Shown: positions 20,946 to 31,123 of the stretch, one piece after another | How positions within the stretch are numbered: the first letter of the stretch is position 1 | Layout: every line of letters begins with the position of its first letter | Source: Geopsychrobacteraceae bacterium | GTDB taxonomy: Bacteria > Desulfobacterota > Desulfuromonadia > Desulfuromonadales > Geopsychrobacteraceae | Direction of reading: 5' to 3' | DNA length: 64,000 nucleotides | Assembly: GCA_963662315.1 (NCBI GenBank) | Contig: OY759353.1 | Location: 1,120,001 to 1,184,000, forward strand | Made by a program: the position numbers and the translations under genes | The notes under the pieces: generated by a model | Seen by the model: the letters and a program-made list of their open reading frames with translations, nothing else | What the model was told of the DNA's origin: nothing | The model's database searches: none

Positions 20946-22034
20946 TTATTTGACAAAAGGTAAAGAGACACGTTCTGTACCTGCCATCCGTTTACGAATC
21001 CCGATGGTCAATGGAAGATCTGAGACAGCGGCCTCTGAGTCAACCAAAGCCAAGGCAATTCCTTGTTTAAGACTTGGCGACATCGTCCCGCTGGTAACGT
21101 AACCAACTTGACGATCACCACTGAAAACCGGATAGTGCTCACGTGGCACTCCCGCTTCAGTTAAAAGCAAAGCAATCAATGAGCGTTTAATTCCCTCATG
21201 CCGAACCTGGACAAGGGGATCACGCCCAATAAAATCCCCTTTATCCAGCTTGGTTATCCAACCAAGTCTTGCCTCTAAGGGTAAGATGTCCGCACTGAGC
21301 TCATGTCCGTAAAGCGCGAAACCTTTTTCCAGCCTTAACGTATCACGAGCCCCTAAACCGATGGGGACAAGGCCGGAATCGGCACCGGCAGCCATCACCT
21401 GCTGCCACAAGGTTACAGCCTTATCTGCTTTACAGTAAAGTTCGAATCCGGCCTCTCCGGTATAACCGGTACGCGAAATAAGCGTATCGACAGATCCGAC
21501 CTGACCTTCGAAGAAATGGTAATATTTCAGGTTCGCAAGATCTGATGATATCAGATTAGCCAGGATAGCATCGGCTGCTGGCCCTTGGAGAGCCAACTGG
21601 GCAAAATTCCGGCTTTGATTCACCAAATGAACTTCTTTAAATTGAAGCATCCCTTGGAGCTTCTGCAACCAGGAAAAATCTTTATCCGTGTTAGCAGCGT
21701 TAACACACAGTAAATAACGATCTTCAGCAAACCTGTAAAGAGTTAAATCGTCAACAACACCACCATCGTGGTAACACATGGCGGTATACTGAACCTGTCC
21801 GTCACTGAGCTTGGACAGATCATTCGTCGTCGCCATTTGTAAAAAGCTGAACGAGTCCGGCCCGCTCACTTCAATTTCACCCATATGCGACACATCAAAA
21901 AGACCTGCGGCCTGCCGTACAGCAAGATGCTCACTGATAACTCCTGCATAGTGTACCGGCATGTCCCAGCCACCAAATTCGACCATCCGGGCCCCCAAAG
22001 CCCGATGTATTTCGTTCAGAGGTGTTTTATTCAT
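20946..22034 (-). CDS. gcvT: Glycine cleavage aminomethyltransferase T
   Basis: GLFDVSHMGEI, SRTGYTGEAGFE and GLGARDTLRLE motifs. Confidence 0.97.
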   Translation of the reverse strand: MNKTPLNEIHRALGARMVEFGGWDMPVHYAGVISEHLAVRQAAGLFDVSHMGEIEVSGPDSFSFLQMATTNDLSKLSDGQVQYTAMCYHDGGVVDDLTLYRFAEDRYLLCVNAANTDKDFSWLQKLQGMLQFKEVHLVNQSRNFAQLALQGPAADAILANLISSDLANLKYYHFFEGQVGSVDTLISRTGYTGEAGFELYCKADKAVTLWQQVMAAGADSGLVPIGLGARDTLRLEKGFALYGHELSADILPLEARLGWITKLDKGDFIGRDPLVQVRHEGIKRSLIALLLTEAGVPREHYPVFSGDRQVGYVTSGTMSPSLKQGIALALVDSEAAVSDLPLTIGIRKRMAGTERVSLPFVK

Positions 22035-22258
22035 AAACTCTCCTTAAAGAAACCTGGTACGGCAGCACTATCGCAACGATCTTAAAAAACAGTAACAGAT
22101 ATCAGCAGACAAAATAAATCGTAGCATGATTAAAATTACCACGATTTTTATCCAAGACTTAAGAACTGCTATTTATCAGAAAATTATGATGATGTATATA
22201 GCTGAATTTCTTTCATAATTATGCCATAACGGCGTATAACCACAGGAATGTAGAGACA

Positions 22259-22298
22259 AAAAAAGCAGTCTGCATTTTTTTTTGCAGACTGCTTTTTT
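22259..22298 (-). terminator. Intrinsic terminator after folD
   Basis: AAAAAAGCAGTCTGCA...TGCAGACTGCTTTTTT. Confidence 0.8.
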
Positions 22299-22322
22299 AG
22301 CGTAAAGTCACAGCATCCCAGA

Positions 22323-23174
22323 CTACTTTTCGGCCCGTCTTTTTGCGCTAACAACGGTATTATACAGAAGCATGGTAATTGTCATCGGCCCAACACCACC
22401 AGGAACAGGAGTAATAGCAGCAGCCCTCTGACTAGCTGCGTCAAACTCAACATCCCCCACCAGCTTTTTCTCGCCGACACGATTTACCCCGACATCAATA
22501 ACAACGGCACCTGGCTTGATCCAGTCCCCCTTGATCATCTCCGGAACCCCAACAGCCGCAATGACAACATCTGCGGCAGCCACTTTAGCTGGCAGATCCT
22601 GCGTTCGGGAATGACAGATCGTGACTGTTGCGTGGGCGGCAAGGCACATCAAAGCGACTGGTTTACCAACAATATTGGAACGACCGACAACAACGACCTC
22701 TTTCCCTTTCAGGTCAACTCCAGTCCGTTCAAGCATTTTCATAACCCCGTACGGCGTACAGGGTTGAAATAACGGACTCCCGGTTGCCAGACGGCCGACA
22801 TTATAAGGATGAAAGCCATCAACATCTTTATTAGGAGAGATAGCCTCAAGAACCTTTGCTTCATCAATGTGTGCGGGCAAAGGCAACTGCACCAGAATAC
22901 CATCAATGCGCTCATCATTATTTAAGGCATCAATAAGCGCCAGCAGTTCGGCCTCGGTCGTAGAAGCTGGCAGCTTATGTTCATCAGAAAAAATTCCAGC
23001 AGCGGCACAGGCTTTTTCCTTCATGGATACATACACCCTGCTAGCAGGATCTTCGCCAACAAGAACAACTGCTAAGCCTGGTGTTACCCCTTGAGCAACC
23101 AATATTTTGGTATCATCAGCAATTTCCTGCCTCAAATCTGCAGCAATTGCTTTTCCATCAATAATATCTGCCAT
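22323..23174 (-). CDS. folD: Methylenetetrahydrofolate dehydrogenase/cyclohydrolase
   Basis: [28 protein letters not shown] and [11 protein letters not shown] motifs. Confidence 0.98.
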   Translation of the reverse strand: MADIIDGKAIAADLRQEIADDTKILVAQGVTPGLAVVLVGEDPASRVYVSMKEKACAAAGIFSDEHKLPASTTEAELLALIDALNNDERIDGILVQLPLPAHIDEAKVLEAISPNKDVDGFHPYNVGRLATGSPLFQPCTPYGVMKMLERTGVDLKGKEVVVVGRSNIVGKPVALMCLAAHATVTICHSRTQDLPAKVAAADVVIAAVGVPEMIKGDWIKPGAVVIDVGVNRVGEKKLVGDVEFDAASQRAAAITPVPGGVGPMTITMLLYNTVVSAKRRAEK

Positions 23175-23300
23175 AACAAATCTCCTGATATTTTATAGCC
23201 AGCGGCTAAGAGCTACTTGTGATTGACCTGAAAAAGAGTAAGAACTATACGAAAGGAATCATTCTTTGTAAACAAAGGAAAAAAACGAACAGCCCCTGGT

Positions 23301-23335
23301 AAAAAAAATTCCCGGTTAGTAAACCAACCGGGAAT
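23301..23335 (-). terminator. Intrinsic terminator after FmdB-family gene
   Basis: ATTCCCGGTT...AACCGGGAAT stem followed by a T-run on the minus strand. Confidence 0.65.
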
Positions 23336-23357
23336 AAAAATTTAGCGCTAAAAAAGA

Positions 23358-23609
23358 TTAGCCGTTAGCTGCTTTGGGACACGAAGCACAAGCTTCTGAC
23401 CCGGCCGAGGAAGAAGAGCATGTGCCTTTTCCTGCAGAATAGCCCTGATCGTACCAACCTCCACCTTTCAAAGCAAAACCGCTTTGAGAAATCTTCTTTT
23501 TAACTTTCCCACCGCACTCGCGGCAGGTCTCCAGCGGAGCATCTGAAAACTTCTGACGGACTTCAAATTGATATCCACATTCTTCACATTGATATTCGTA
23601 TAATGGCAT
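23358..23609 (-). CDS. FmdB-family zinc ribbon protein
   Basis: MPLYEYQCEECG...CRECGG...FALKGGGWY. Confidence 0.92.
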   Translation of the reverse strand: MPLYEYQCEECGYQFEVRQKFSDAPLETCRECGGKVKKKISQSGFALKGGGWYDQGYSAGKGTCSSSSAGSEACASCPKAANG

Positions 23610-23685
23610 GATTTAAATCCTCCAGCATTTTTATCTTGCACAACCCTGAATCATAAGCAAATGCACAAATCTATGTCAAGAGCGT

Positions 23686-23988
23686 TTATTTTAAGGCAGC
23701 GGCAATCGTCAGATGTGCATCGGCAAAAGAAATATGCCTGACCAAAATGCGCTTTTGGCGTGCCGTTTCACCAGATAAGATCATGATATCACTCTTTGCA
23801 ACACCAAATAACTTGGCCAGATAGGCACAGCAACTTTTATTGGCTGCGCCATCAACTGGAGGTGAAGTGAGCTTAATCTTGAGGTTATCATTATGAATGC
23901 CAACAACTTGATTGCGGCTAGCACGTGGCTGAACCTGCAGCGACACAACGACGCCATCTTCATGCTCTTGCAAGCATGACTCGATCAT
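23686..23988 (-). CDS. yggU: DUF167/YggU family protein
   Basis: VQPRASRN, LTSPPVDGAAN and SGETARQK motifs. Confidence 0.88.
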   Translation of the reverse strand: MIESCLQEHEDGVVVSLQVQPRASRNQVVGIHNDNLKIKLTSPPVDGAANKSCCAYLAKLFGVAKSDIMILSGETARQKRILVRHISFADAHLTIAAALK

Positions 23989-24521
23989 TTCGGTTCAAGT
24001 CCCTTGTTAATACTTGTCTCGATTTCTTCTGAATTAAAATCTTCCAGCAAATGTTGATTATCAGGTTCAAGGAGTTGCACAACATCCATGTTCAACAACT
24101 GCATATGATTTTCCAGCAGAGCCCGTAACCCGATTTCAAAAGTGATTTTCTGCCTTTTCAGCTCATTAACCTCATTAAGCAGATCTATTCGCTGTTGTTT
24201 GGCAGCCTGAATGATCCGCTCACCTTCAACATGCGCTTCAGCGATGACGATGTCAGCATCCCTGCGGGCATTTTCCTTCATGTCATCAACAATGTTCTGA
24301 GCCGTGACAAGAGTCTGCTGAAGTGATTTTTCCCGCTCCTGAAGGAGTTCAAGATGCCCCTTAGTGCGTGCCAGAGCCTCTTTCAATTCATTATTTTGCA
24401 GAGTAACACGTTCAAGCTCTTCAGCGATAATTTCCAGAAACTGATCAACAGCGGCAGTATCATAGCCAAATAGACGCGATTTAAATTGCTGTTGTTGTAT
24501 CTCAATAGGAGTAATGCGCAT
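23985..24521 (-). CDS. divIVA: DivIVA domain protein
   Basis: MRITPIEIQQQQFKSRLFGYD...VDQFL followed by a coiled coil. Confidence 0.88.
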   Translation of the reverse strand: MRITPIEIQQQQFKSRLFGYDTAAVDQFLEIIAEELERVTLQNNELKEALARTKGHLELLQEREKSLQQTLVTAQNIVDDMKENARRDADIVIAEAHVEGERIIQAAKQQRIDLLNEVNELKRQKITFEIGLRALLENHMQLLNMDVVQLLEPDNQHLLEDFNSEEIETSINKGLEPK

Positions 24522-24551
24522 AGTTGCCAGATCCTGAAAAAAACACAGTTA

Positions 24552-24833
24552 TTAAGTCAGACTCAGAAGAAAACCGATTATCAATTGCTGAACGACTGAT
24601 AACAGTATCAATAAGACAATAGGTGAGAAATCAAAAGTTCCCTGCTGTAGAAATGGCAAAAACCGACGCAGTCGATACAATACCGGATCTGTTGCATTGT
24701 GCAGAAACCGCACAATTGGATTATAAGGGTCCGGATTGACCCAAGAAATCAACGCCCTGGCAATTACAATAAAAAAATAAATATTAAATGCCATATCGAC
24801 GATTCTGGCAATAGAAACCAATAATATATTCAT
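24552..24833 (-). CDS. yggT: YggT family membrane protein
   Basis: ARALISWVNPDPYNPIVRFL..ATDPVL...DFSPIV; start moved to ATG 24833. Confidence 0.92.
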   Translation of the reverse strand: MNILLVSIARIVDMAFNIYFFIVIARALISWVNPDPYNPIVRFLHNATDPVLYRLRRFLPFLQQGTFDFSPIVLLILLSVVQQLIIGFLLSLT

Positions 24834-25250
24834 AGAAAGTAACCTCCCATGCCTGCCTGAATCATTGAGCAGATTGCCAGTTGATGCACAAATTTGCTCC
24901 ATGTGTTATGTTTTTCCTTTATGATTTGACCGTTTCTATAATGAAAACACTTTATTGTCAACGCTTCCCCTGCTTAAACCTTAAGCGCCAGCCATATAAC
25001 AAATATTTTTACTGGATTCTACCCGTCAATGCAGATAAGATCATCCTACTGTGAAGGAGGCACTCTGGCACCAGCATAAAGCTCTCGGGAAGTATCAATC
25101 CCCTTGCTGGGAGCTATCCGGACATTTCAAAAGCCCTTAGCCATGTGGATGAAATAGAAATATCTGGCACACTGTGAAAGAGCACTTCTGACAACAAATT
25201 ACTGACGACCTCCAGAGGACAACTGAACCCGCTCCCAAAAGGATAAATTA

Positions 25251-26297
25251 ATGGTCCAGACAAACAACCTTAATGTTTTAGATATCAGCCCCATAATCGC
25301 CCCATCAGATCTTAAACAGGTATTTCCCTTATCATTCTCCGCAGCAAAATTTGTTAGCGACAGCCGGACAACCATCAGATCAATATTGCGAGGCGAAGAC
25401 CCACGTTTGATGGCAATCGTCGGGCCATGTTCCATCCACGACCCAAAAGCCGCCCTTGAATATGCTGAAAAACTTGCAGCGTTATCAGAAGAGCTACGCG
25501 ACCGGGTATTTATCGTTATGCGCGTATATTTTGAAAAACCTCGTACCATCATTGGCTGGAAAGGCTTGATTAACGATCCCGACCTTGATGGCACCCATCA
25601 GATATCAAAAGGTTTAGGGATAGCCCGCCAGCTATTTTGTGCGATTACAGCCCTGGGGCTGCCTATCGCCAGTGAAATGCTGGATCCGATTACTCCCGAA
25701 TACCTGTCAGATATCATCAGCTGGGGAGCTATTGGCGCTAGAACGACCGAGTCACAAACGCACCGGGAAATGGCCAGCGGACTGTCCTTCCCCGTTGGCT
25801 TCAAAAACGGCACTGACGGAGGGCTGAAAGTTGCAACTGACGCTATGGCGGCGGCCTGTCGTCCCCATAGCTTCCTTGGTATCAACAATGAAGGCAAATC
25901 ATCGATTGTGCAGACATCTGGAAATCCAGACGTCCATATTGTGCTGCGTGGTGGCAACGAAGCTCCCAACTATTTCCCCGAAGACATCGCGGCAACCAAA
26001 ACGTTACTCAATGACAACAAATTACCTGGTGCGATAATGGTCGACTGCAGTCATGCCAACAGTTACAAAGACCATAATCGTCAGGCTGAAGTTCTGGATA
26101 ATGTCATCAGTCAACTTAAAGCAGCGCCAGGTTCGATTACTGGTGTTATGATCGAAAGCAATCTTGTCGCCGGAAACCAGAATATCCCTAAAAATTTAAA
26201 AGATCTGATATACGGGGTCTCTGTTACTGACAAGTGTGTTGACTGGCAAACAACTGAAACCATGTTACGTAAGGCTGCAGCAGAATTGGCGGGATAA
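25251..26297 (+). CDS. 3-deoxy-7-phosphoheptulonate (DAHP) synthase, class I-alpha (AroF/G/H type)
   Basis: GPCSIHD, MRVYFEKPRT, GARTTESQTHRE and VDCSHANS motifs. Confidence 0.96.
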   Translation: MVQTNNLNVLDISPIIAPSDLKQVFPLSFSAAKFVSDSRTTIRSILRGEDPRLMAIVGPCSIHDPKAALEYAEKLAALSEELRDRVFIVMRVYFEKPRTIIGWKGLINDPDLDGTHQISKGLGIARQLFCAITALGLPIASEMLDPITPEYLSDIISWGAIGARTTESQTHREMASGLSFPVGFKNGTDGGLKVATDAMAAACRPHSFLGINNEGKSSIVQTSGNPDVHIVLRGGNEAPNYFPEDIAATKTLLNDNKLPGAIMVDCSHANSYKDHNRQAEVLDNVISQLKAAPGSITGVMIESNLVAGNQNIPKNLKDLIYGVSVTDKCVDWQTTETMLRKAAAELAG

Positions 26298-26314
26298 TCT
26301 CAAGAACAACTATC

Positions 26315-26356
26315 CAACGGCGAAACTTTGAACCGACGCTCGGAGTTTCGCCGTTG
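26315..26356. terminator. Hairpin between convergent genes
   Basis: CAACGGCGAAACTTTGA...TCGGAGTTTCGCCGTTG. Confidence 0.6.
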
Positions 26357-26365
26357 AATCATTCT

Positions 26366-27031
26366 TTACAACCTTGCAGATTCATTCGAAAGAATGCGAA
26401 TATCATCATACCAAGCTTCTGCGTGCTCGCCGGTATTATCAGTATCGGTCATAATGGCAATGCCTCCAGCCTGAGGCGGATCCTCACCAAACAAATGCCG
26501 ATAATCTTCAAAGACATTTCTGGTCTCAACAACCCAGCGACCAGCCTTATCATTACCCGATTCTACGGCAACCATCACCGCTCGGGAAAAATAAGTATTG
26601 GGGACCGCTTGACCAACCTCTAATCGATTCGCCCAAATATAATTGATACTACGACTTAACGGCTTGATCCAATGGGGGAAAATGACATAAACCCTGGCAG
26701 CGTAATCATCCCCTTCCTTGGTCAGAGCATTGCCGGAAACCAGGGTGTGAGATATTTTCCAGCGCCAGGTCAGGACAGGAAACGTGTTTGTACTATAGGA
26801 AATTTTTTTTATCAGGCCTGATGCTTTCCCGTTACTAACCGCCTGCAAGACACGACCACCCACAGCACTGCTCACAATACTATAATCCGTATGGTCGAGA
26901 AATTTCTTTTCCTGCCAACCAGCTAATCCCTGCTCAAAATCATCAATAAGAATGGAACGAGATGTTTCCGCATAAAGATCGCCCCTCCCCGGAATTAGCA
27001 TTATTAAGCAGACTAGAAATATTCGAATCAT
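26366..27031 (-). CDS. DUF3047 domain exported protein
   Basis: LTWRWK, GDDYAARVYV, INYIWA and IAIMTDTDNT motifs. Confidence 0.85.
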   Translation of the reverse strand: MIRIFLVCLIMLIPGRGDLYAETSRSILIDDFEQGLAGWQEKKFLDHTDYSIVSSAVGGRVLQAVSNGKASGLIKKISYSTNTFPVLTWRWKISHTLVSGNALTKEGDDYAARVYVIFPHWIKPLSRSINYIWANRLEVGQAVPNTYFSRAVMVAVESGNDKAGRWVVETRNVFEDYRHLFGEDPPQAGGIAIMTDTDNTGEHAEAWYDDIRILSNESARL

Positions 27032-27345
27032 CAGTTGATAAACCGATCGGGATTATTTGTGAGAGTATCGGTTTCTACCCCACCGATAGTGCCAAAACGT
27101 TTTTCATACGCTTCAACATTGTTCTGCAACACCAGCATTAACCTTTTGGCATGACGGGGCGACATGATCAATCGGGACTTGACTCGAGCTTTAGGAGCCT
27201 GAGGCTGCACATAGATACAGTCAATCACAAACTCGCTGTCATTATGATTAACAATAGCCATATTGATGTATTGTCCGTTAGCAACACTTTCATCCATCTG
27301 AATCTCAAGATTAATCTCAGGTTTAGTACCTTTATCTGTCGCCAT
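27031..27345 (-). CDS. DUF3467 domain protein
   Basis: GQYINMAIVNHNDSEFVID and SRLIMSPRHAKRL..YEKRFG. Confidence 0.85.
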   Translation of the reverse strand: MATDKGTKPEINLEIQMDESVANGQYINMAIVNHNDSEFVIDCIYVQPQAPKARVKSRLIMSPRHAKRLMLVLQNNVEAYEKRFGTIGGVETDTLTNNPDRFIN

Positions 27346-27377
27346 GAAGAACCTTTCTTATTATGTTAGACAGACTG

Positions 27378-27698
27378 CTACAAATCATTCAGGAGCCGAT
27401 AGATCTGCTGTTCAAGATCCCAGATACTATCGACAACTTGCTGGTGTCCAGCTTCCTCAAGTATGACCCTCGCCCGGTCCAGTTGTCCATGTGCTTTAAG
27501 AAGCACAGGAGAAAGTTTGTTATCCAGCTGCATCCGCGGAATTTCTCCGACACTCTCAGCCCAGTCCTGCATTTCTTCGACAGCCATATCGACCAAACGT
27601 AAAGCCTTAGCCGTATCTTCCGGTAGAATCTCATAAAATTGATCAGCCTTCTTCTCTATCTGATCAAGTATTTCGCGATAACGCTCAGAAATGGTCAT
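27378..27698 (-). CDS. Hypothetical helical protein
   Basis: 106-aa ORF with RBS GGGAA, protein-like composition, co-oriented with downstream genes. Confidence 0.75.
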   Translation of the reverse strand: MTISERYREILDQIEKKADQFYEILPEDTAKALRLVDMAVEEMQDWAESVGEIPRMQLDNKLSPVLLKAHGQLDRARVILEEAGHQQVVDSIWDLEQQIYRLLNDL

Positions 27699-27803
27699 TA
27701 TTCCCTATTTTCCTTTCTCAATCTGTGCAAATTTCAAACTTGTGATCCTATGCTAAAATCACCGGGAAAACAACCTTTCCGTTTAGTCCGTAATAAATTC
27801 TCA

Positions 27804-27833
27804 TTGACTTCCCGGGCGAGAGATTGCTAGCTT
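27804..27833 (+). promoter_or_regulatory. Sigma70-type promoter for the thi operon
   Basis: TTGACT-18 bp-(TG)cTAGCTT just upstream of the riboswitch. Confidence 0.5.
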
Positions 27834-27845
27834 ATAGCGACATAT

Positions 27846-27932
27846 CGCTAGGGGTGTTATTGTTACTGAGAACTCTACACTGGTAGAGTAACCCTTGGAA
27901 CCTGATCCGGACTATACCGGCGTAGGGAAGCG
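27846..27932 (+). ncRNA. TPP riboswitch
   Basis: GGGGTG...CTGAGA...ACCC.TGGAACCTGATCCGGAcTATACCGGCGTAGGGAAG consensus directly upstream of thiamine genes; possible terminator CCGC-cattcgt-GCGG-ATTTTT near 27970-27990. Confidence 0.95.
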
Positions 27933-28104
27933 GCTCTTCTTCTTGATTCTGATTCTACTCAGTGCAAAGCCGCCATTCGTGCGGATTTTTATTTCCCCAG
28001 GTTTTCATAATTATTCCAGTAACATGCCCCCTCCCAAAAAGCCATTTATATTGCCAGCAAGGAGAGGATGACCCCTCACGCTGACGAACCGGGTCATTTG
28101 GATC

Positions 28105-28926
28105 ATGAGAATTTTTTGCAATGAGCTTGAGCACCATACACAATCAGGCCAAACAATAAATGAATTACGGCAGAAACTGAAACCCGATGCTGACATTTTA
28201 ATCCGAAATGGGTATCCAGCGTCACCTGAACAGCTCCTTGAAGACGGAGATCACATTTGGTTGATACGTCAGGGCGAACGACCTGCGGTAGCCGAAATTG
28301 AAAGGCTGTTGATCGCCAGACACACTCCCGGAGTCCATAGCAAAATCAAAAACAGTACAGTTGGTATTGCCGGAGTCGGTGGACTGGGGTCCCAAATCGC
28401 TGTTGCTCTCGCGCGGGTCGGAATCGGACGCCTGATTATCGCTGATTTTGATATTATTGATCCAACCAATCTGAACCGTCAGCAATATTTTATTGATCAG
28501 ATAGGCATGTTTAAAGTAACCGCCCTTACTGACAATCTCCGCCGCATCAATCCTGCCACAGAGGTCATCGCTCATCAGACTCGTATTCATTACCACAATG
28601 TGAATCAGGTCTTTTCGAATGTCGATATTTTGGTCGAAGCATTCGACTCTCCTGATCAAAAAGCACTACTTGCCAACTTTTGGTTAACTCATCATCGTGA
28701 CAAACCCCTGATTACTGGCTCAGGAATGGCGGGTTATGGTCCATCAAACACGATAACCACCACCAAAGTTTCGAAGAACTTTTACGTTTGTGGCGACAGA
28801 AATACTGCCGCAGGCCCAGGAATCGGCCTAATGGCACCTAGAGTCGGCATAGCTGCCCACCACCAGGCCAATGCAGTACTCAGATTATTACTTAATCAAA
28901 ACCCCGAAGAGACGGAGTCCATATGA
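28105..28926 (+). CDS. thiF: Sulfur carrier adenylyltransferase ThiF with N-terminal ThiS-like domain
   Basis: GIAGVGGLGS, DFDIIDPTNLNRQQY and GLMAPRVGIAAHHQAN motifs. Confidence 0.92.
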   Translation: MRIFCNELEHHTQSGQTINELRQKLKPDADILIRNGYPASPEQLLEDGDHIWLIRQGERPAVAEIERLLIARHTPGVHSKIKNSTVGIAGVGGLGSQIAVALARVGIGRLIIADFDIIDPTNLNRQQYFIDQIGMFKVTALTDNLRRINPATEVIAHQTRIHYHNVNQVFSNVDILVEAFDSPDQKALLANFWLTHHRDKPLITGSGMAGYGPSNTITTTKVSKNFYVCGDRNTAAGPGIGLMAPRVGIAAHHQANAVLRLLLNQNPEETESI

Positions 28927-29123
28927 ATATCAGGATTAATGGTCTTTCTAGAGAAGTCACCGCTTCGCTATCGATTCTGCAACTGCTTTCAGAACTTGAA
29001 CTCTGCCCGGAACATGTTGTTGTTGAGGTGAATAGTACAATTTTAACGTCAACCCAGTTCTCTCAGTATCATCTGCAGGATGATGATGTCCTTGAAATTG
29101 TTCAATTCGTCGGTGGCGGTTAA
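28923..29123 (+). CDS. thiS: Sulfur carrier protein ThiS
   Basis: 66 aa ending in EIVQFVGGG. Confidence 0.95.
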   Translation: MNIRINGLSREVTASLSILQLLSELELCPEHVVVEVNSTILTSTQFSQYHLQDDDVLEIVQFVGGG

Positions 29124-29214
29124 TCCCGCGACCGACGAATTTTTAATGGATGGCACCCTGCATTTACCTGCAGGAGTCACATCATATTCATTTCATAGAA
29201 GAAAGGCACACTAC

Positions 29215-29985
29215 ATGGATTCACTTATTATTGCCGGGAGAACATTTCAGTCAAGGCTAATGGTCGGGACCGGTAAATTCAGTTCAAATAGCGCAATGGT
29301 TGCTGCCATAGAAAATTCGGCATGTGAAATTGTCACGGTAGCCTTACGCCGTGTGAACATCAATCATCCGGAAGATTCGCTACTAAAACATATTGACAGA
29401 AGTCGCTATCTACTGCTGCCCAACACAAGTGGTGCCAGAGATGCTGAAGAAGCGATCAGACTGGCAAGGCTGGCAAAAGCTGCCGGCTGTGAGCCCTGGA
29501 TCAAGCTTGAAGTTACCCCCGACCCATATTACCTGCTCCCTGACCCAGTAGAAACGTTAAAAGCTGCCGAAGTTCTGGTCAAAGAAGGCTTTATTGTCCT
29601 GCCCTATATGCCAGCAGATCCAGTTCTCGCCCGGCGCCTGGAAGAGGCAGGCACAGCAACGGTCATGCCGCTTGGAGCCCCAATCGGTACAAATCGCGGC
29701 ATAAGAACACGCGACCATATAGCCATCATTATTGAGCAGGCAAACATCCCTGTCGTTGTCGATGCCGGTCTTGGAGCACCATCTCATGCGGCTCAAGCCA
29801 TGGAGATGGGGGCGGATGCCGTGCTGGTTAATACTGCCCTGGCAGATACGCCTGAGCCGGGAGCTATGGCCAGGGCATTCAAAAAAGGAGTCGAGGCAGG
29901 TCGCGAAGCATTTCTAGCAGGGCTTGGCCAACAGCGTAAACATGCCGAAGCATCAAGTCCGTTAACCGGATTTCTAAGGGATTAA
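29215..29985 (+). CDS. thiG: Thiazole synthase
   Basis: [23 protein letters not shown] and VMPLGAPIG motifs; start moved to MDSLII. Confidence 0.96.
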   Translation: MDSLIIAGRTFQSRLMVGTGKFSSNSAMVAAIENSACEIVTVALRRVNINHPEDSLLKHIDRSRYLLLPNTSGARDAEEAIRLARLAKAAGCEPWIKLEVTPDPYYLLPDPVETLKAAEVLVKEGFIVLPYMPADPVLARRLEEAGTATVMPLGAPIGTNRGIRTRDHIAIIIEQANIPVVVDAGLGAPSHAAQAMEMGADAVLVNTALADTPEPGAMARAFKKGVEAGREAFLAGLGQQRKHAEASSPLTGFLRD

Positions 29986-29986
29986 A

Positions 29987-31114
29987 ATGAGCTTTATCGA
30001 CCTTATCAACAGCCATCCGGTTAAAGATATCCAAGCGAGAATCGATACCACAACTCCCGAAGATATTGCTCGCTGTTTGCTAAAAACCAGATTAACCATA
30101 GATGATTTTGTCCATCTTATTGCCCCCGCAATTACGAATGAGCAACTTGAACAGATGGCCCGCAAAGCTCATCAGATAACAACCCAAAGGTTTGGTAGAA
30201 CTATCCAGATGTATGCCCCGATCTATCTATCAAACGAATGTCATAACGGCTGCAAATATTGTGGATTCAGTGCTGATAACCATCTGATAAGACGAACTCT
30301 TACCTTTAATGAAGCGGAACGGGAGGCGCAGTATTTAAGCCAACAGGGATTTCGGCATCTGCTGCTCCTGACCGGGGAGGCTCCTGAGAGTGCGGGTATT
30401 GATTATCTGGAATCTGCAATTCATACGATTAAAAAATATTGCGGATCGCTCTCGATTGAGGTTTTCCCGATGGACGATAAAGGGTATGAACGGATGGTGA
30501 ACGCAGGAGTCGACGGTCTGACACTCTATCAGGAAACTTATAATCGCAAACGCTATCAAGACCTTCATCCCTACGGCCCGAAAAGTGATTATCTTTTTCG
30601 TCTGGAAGCTCCTGAGCGGGCAGGAATAGCAGGAATGCGCAGGATCGGCATAGGAGCGTTACTGGGCCTGGATGAAGGCCTGGGTGATATTTACTATACC
30701 GCCCTGCATGCCCTTTACCTGGCACACAAATTCTGGAAAACTCAAGTAACTATTTCCTTTCCCAGGCTGCGTCCAGCACAAGGCGGGTTTCAGCCCAAAG
30801 CAATCATCACTGACCGCCAGTTGACGCAGTTCATATGTGCCCTGCGCTTACTGCTTCCCGATGCGGGACTGATTCTTTCTACTCGGGAGAGCACCCAACT
30901 CAGAAACAACCTGCTCCCCCTTGGCATCACCCAGATGAGTTCTGGATCAAGCACTGCTCCAGGAGGGTATTCTCTTGAAAACAATAATGAAACAGAGCAA
31001 TTTGCCATTAACGATGAGCGTTCTCCCAAACAACTGGAAGACTATTTACACACCCAGGGGTATGAAGCGATATGGAAAGACTGGGATGCGGCATTTCTAA
31101 ACAAAGTCATTTAA
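29987..31114 (+). CDS. thiH: 2-iminoacetate synthase (radical SAM)
   Basis: YAPIYLSNECHNGCKYCGF, YQETY, ISFPRLRP and EQFAINDER motifs. Confidence 0.95.
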   Translation: MSFIDLINSHPVKDIQARIDTTTPEDIARCLLKTRLTIDDFVHLIAPAITNEQLEQMARKAHQITTQRFGRTIQMYAPIYLSNECHNGCKYCGFSADNHLIRRTLTFNEAEREAQYLSQQGFRHLLLLTGEAPESAGIDYLESAIHTIKKYCGSLSIEVFPMDDKGYERMVNAGVDGLTLYQETYNRKRYQDLHPYGPKSDYLFRLEAPERAGIAGMRRIGIGALLGLDEGLGDIYYTALHALYLAHKFWKTQVTISFPRLRPAQGGFQPKAIITDRQLTQFICALRLLLPDAGLILSTRESTQLRNNLLPLGITQMSSGSSTAPGGYSLENNNETEQFAINDERSPKQLEDYLHTQGYEAIWKDWDAAFLNKVI

Positions 31115-31123
31115 GGAACAAAA

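Noticed and set aside
22035..22258. Glycine riboswitch upstream of gcvT
   Set aside because: No GGAGA/CCGAAG/CTCTCAGG aptamer motifs on the minus strand
25048..25196. CRISPR array, T-box or sigma54 promoter explanation for the leader repeats
   Set aside because: Only two degenerate copies and no cas genes; no GGTGGnACC T-box; the CTGGCAC motifs lack a -12 TGC at the right spacing
29080..29214. N-terminal extension of ThiG in the ORF track
   Set aside because: It overlaps thiS; homology starts at MDSLII, which has its own RBS
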